NCBI GenBank assembly: GCA_963745075.1 | Contig: CAVUWV010000008.1 | Location: 480,001-544,000, forward strand | Length of the DNA stretch: 64,000 nucleotides | Source of the DNA: Candidatus Hydrogenedentota bacterium | GTDB taxonomy: Bacteria > Hydrogenedentota > Hydrogenedentia > Hydrogenedentales > SLHB01 | Direction: 5' to 3' | Shown: positions 61,335 to 64,000 of the stretch, piece by piece | Position numbering within the stretch: the first letter of the stretch is position 1 | How the letters are laid out: every line of letters starts with the position of its first letter | Made by a program: the position numbers and the translations under genes | Notes under the pieces: generated by a model | What the model was told of the DNA's origin: nothing | What the model saw: only the letters and a program-made list of their open reading frames with translations | Databases searched by the model: none

Positions 61335-62960
61335 TCAGTTGTTGGGGGGTTGTCCGCCTTGGCCCGGCGCGTTGGCCTGACTCTTCCGCAATTCTTCGTA
61401 TTGCGTCTTGGCGCGTTCAGCGTCCTTGACCTTCTCCTGCGCTTCCTCGAGGAGTTTTTGTTTCTGTTCGGCGTCGGGGCCTTCCTTATCCGGCACCACT
61501 TTCAGGATCGTCTGGACGCCCGTGTACCGGCTCATGGCGTCGTCGAACTTCTTATCCTCAACGAGCCGGTCGCCTTCGTCGATTTGATCCTGGGCCAGAT
61601 CCAGCACTCTCCGGATAATGCGGCTGATCATCCGGTTCGCCGTCTCAATCCCGTCTTTGGCCGCTTGCGCCTGTTCTTTGAACTCGTCGGTCACCTGTTG
61701 GAATACCAGAATGGCCTTTTCGTATTTGGCGAGGGCTTCTTCATTCTGCTCGGCGGCGAAACTCGCTTCCGCTTCGCGCAACACGGCTTCGCCGGTCGCC
61801 ACGGTCTGAATGGCCAACTGCTGGCGCTCGTTGCGTTCGGTGATGGCTACCTGCGTTTCGTTAATCAAGTTGGCCGCGTCGTCGCTCGAGCGGTCGTATT
61901 CCAGGGCGCGGGTAAACGCGTTCAAGGCCAACTGCAGGGTTTCGCTTGGCGCATCGGGGTTGGACGCTTCGTCGTACAGCTTTTTCCCCTGTTCCAAGTA
62001 GTGATTGGCCAGCTTATGCAGGATTTCCTTCCGGTTCGGGCCATTCATAGACAGCGCGGCGTCCCACTCCTGAACGGCCCGGTCGCGGGCTTCCTTTGTT
62101 CCGAACGCGTAAAAGGCGTCGCCCACGCGTTCGTAGACATCTTGATTATCCTGGTTCTGCGCGGAAAGCTGCCGGTAGACCTTCTCCGCTTCCAGCAAGT
62201 TGTGCTTTTCTTGCAGCAGATACTGGATTTCGTTGACGAGGTACCAGGTCATGGATTTTGACGAGGGCCGGATATCGCTCTTGTCCCCTTCAGTCCGCAA
62301 CACGGTGTACCACGCGTCCGCAACCGATACGACGGCGCTCCCGAAAAATTTCTGACCGCCTTTGGTCATATACCCCTCGTATCCGCGGCCGACTTGGTAG
62401 TCGGAAAGGATCAGCGTCTTTGCGTCGTTGTAGAAACCGTGGCGCTCTTTGAAATAGAGAGTCGGATTGCGGATGTATTCGAGATGCTCGGGGCGCGAGG
62501 TCAAACGATACACGGATAAATGGCTGTCCACATCCTTCTCGATCTGTTCGAGCATCCGTTGGCTTTGGGCGTCGTACTCGAATGTAAAGGGAAGCATGAT
62601 GTCGGACACGAGGCCCGCGAGAACGCCCATCCGGTAGCAGAAATAACTTCCCACACCGTACTGGCGCGCCTCGCGCAACAATTGAACCTCCGTGCCAACC
62701 GCATTGATGGCTTCCGCACGGGTATTCAAGGGAACATTGGCCAGTTCCGCCCGGTATTTCACGGCGCCTTGCATGACTTCCGATTCGTAACTGATGTCGA
62801 CGTTCTTGAACGGGTTCTTATAGAGTTGGCTGAGCACTTGAAACGCGGTGGCCACGATGGACTTCTGCGCGGTGGGTCCCCAAGCGTTTGCCTGGGTGGT
62901 CATCAACCCCACACTAATACCGGCTACGATCGCTAATCTGGTCAGAAACCTGCACGTCAT
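61335..62960 (-). CDS. Secreted helical/TPR protein with N-terminal phospholipase-C/P1-nuclease-like domain
   Basis: Signal peptide ending ANA|WG; TPR-like segments (YERVGDAFY, FTRALEYD, ALAKYEKA). Confidence 0.7.
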   Translation of the reverse strand: MTCRFLTRLAIVAGISVGLMTTQANAWGPTAQKSIVATAFQVLSQLYKNPFKNVDISYESEVMQGAVKYRAELANVPLNTRAEAINAVGTEVQLLREARQYGVGSYFCYRMGVLAGLVSDIMLPFTFEYDAQSQRMLEQIEKDVDSHLSVYRLTSRPEHLEYIRNPTLYFKERHGFYNDAKTLILSDYQVGRGYEGYMTKGGQKFFGSAVVSVADAWYTVLRTEGDKSDIRPSSKSMTWYLVNEIQYLLQEKHNLLEAEKVYRQLSAQNQDNQDVYERVGDAFYAFGTKEARDRAVQEWDAALSMNGPNRKEILHKLANHYLEQGKKLYDEASNPDAPSETLQLALNAFTRALEYDRSSDDAANLINETQVAITERNERQQLAIQTVATGEAVLREAEASFAAEQNEEALAKYEKAILVFQQVTDEFKEQAQAAKDGIETANRMISRIIRRVLDLAQDQIDEGDRLVEDKKFDDAMSRYTGVQTILKVVPDKEGPDAEQKQKLLEEAQEKVKDAERAKTQYEELRKSQANAPGQGGQPPNN

Positions 62961-63596
62961 GGTCTACCTCATTCGTTTCGGACTCAACGTCCGAACGCGT
63001 TTTCGGTTTGTTCCGTTCTAGCTCCAAGCACACAGCCGACGCCGCGTGCGCACGATGCGGTGAAAGTCGCCCCGGTTCACGATGGTTTTCAAGCTCCCCA
63101 ACCGGCCTGCCGATGGCCCCGCCAGTTCCGTTCTTGAGGCCGGAAAAGGGTGGCCCCACCGTACTTACGTCCAACGACTTGGTTCACGCCGATGCGATCA
63201 ACCATTTACCCCAAGTTCGCGGTACACCCCGAGTCGATACTGTCTCACCGCGATGGAGAATATCACAAACGCACTACGTACAAAAAACGCGATGGCCCCG
63301 CGCCGGCGCCGAAGGCCGGTTACCCGGATCGGGCGCACCCCGTTCGCGCAATGGCTTCGGCGCTCGCACCCATGAGGGTGTTCGAACCTTGCGATTCCTT
63401 TCGGGCGGGGTCGAGTTTACCGCGATACACCGCCGCGTGCTTCTCGCATCGCTAAGTCAAAGCGCAACAATATCATAAGTCGATTATTCCGTCAACCGGA
63501 CATGGGGCGAAGTATGGCACGCGGGATACCTCCCGTCCACTGGAACGTATCCCGCGTTAACCGACAATCTACCGACGTATCCAGTTGTCGCGCACC

Positions 63597-64000
63597 CTAC
63601 AGGGACGTCGTGTTGAGTCCGTCGTAGAGGGGGTCGTCGGGGTAATACCAGAACCGCGGTTCGAAATCCGTCCCCGGGAGGCGGTTGCCGCACCATGGCG
63701 GTACGTTGATGAGCGGCCAATTATCGTACACGTTGGCTTGCAGGAACTGAACGAAATTGGGCGTGTACGGCAGAACGTAATTGAACACATTACTTGTATA
63801 CTTGACGAATTTTACATGACCGTCGAGGTAAAGAATATTGCCGCCTCGGGGATCGTGGTTCATTACGATCCGCGCGTTCTCGGTAACCGAGTCGAACAGA
63901 ACCGGGATTTGCGTGTCGGACACAGAGCTGTTCGCGGGATTGTTGATGTCCGTGATGAACAACCGTCCGGCGCCGATCCGTGTCCGATAGAAGGTGTTGC
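63597..64000 (-). CDS. C-terminal part of a DUF1559 / prepilin-associated H-X9-DG domain protein, truncated by the window edge
   Basis: Frame is open to the edge: NTFYRTRIGAGRLFITDINNPA...MNHDPRGGNILYLDGHVKF. Confidence 0.85.
   Translation of the reverse strand, partial: NTFYRTRIGAGRLFITDINNPANSSVSDTQIPVLFDSVTENARIVMNHDPRGGNILYLDGHVKFVKYTSNVFNYVLPYTPNFVQFLQANVYDNWPLINVPPWCGNRLPGTDFEPRFWYYPDDPLYDGLNTTSL

Noticed and set aside
63350..63430. Minus-strand GGTAAAC...GAAA...CGCAAG resembling a c-di-GMP-I riboswitch
   Set aside because: The P2 stem around GAAA does not pair convincingly and the spacing does not fit.

Overview
A 64 kb, GC-rich, mostly core-chromosome window. The lineage is probably Candidatus Hydrogenedentota; this is inferred from the FITDINNP...H-x9-DG C-terminus at the right edge and was not checked by search. 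Housekeeping genes include pckA, gatCAB-rsfS, thrS, rlmB, a divergent hisG, ndk, purA, an RlmD-type methyltransferase and a 29-aa bS22-like gene missing from the ORF track. The window also has two sodium:solute symporters, a cation:proton antiporter, a TolC plus MacAB-type exporter, envelope enzymes (PagL-like protein, two Kdo/WaaP kinases, a coupled carbamoyltransferase-GT4-GT4-PIG-L operon), glycoside hydrolases and two tandem acyl-CoA ligases. I saw no rRNA, tRNA, CRISPR array, transposase or prophage. The most novel signal is a more AT-rich ~1.2 kb island at 24.4-25.6 kb. It holds three tiny co-oriented genes with strong ribosome-binding sites. Two of them share a ~22-aa N-terminal motif (HxRx[IV][ST]R[RK]P[AS]VA[ST][ST]ALxxKL[DE]) ahead of unrelated bodies, which suggests an uncharacterised leader-plus-variable-core peptide system. 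Other highlights are a 135-bp inverted-repeat element whose exact removal restores a kinase stop codon, several REP-like palindromes, two apparent secreted pseudo-enzymes, and five frameshifts confined to the first 18 kb that may be sequencing errors.
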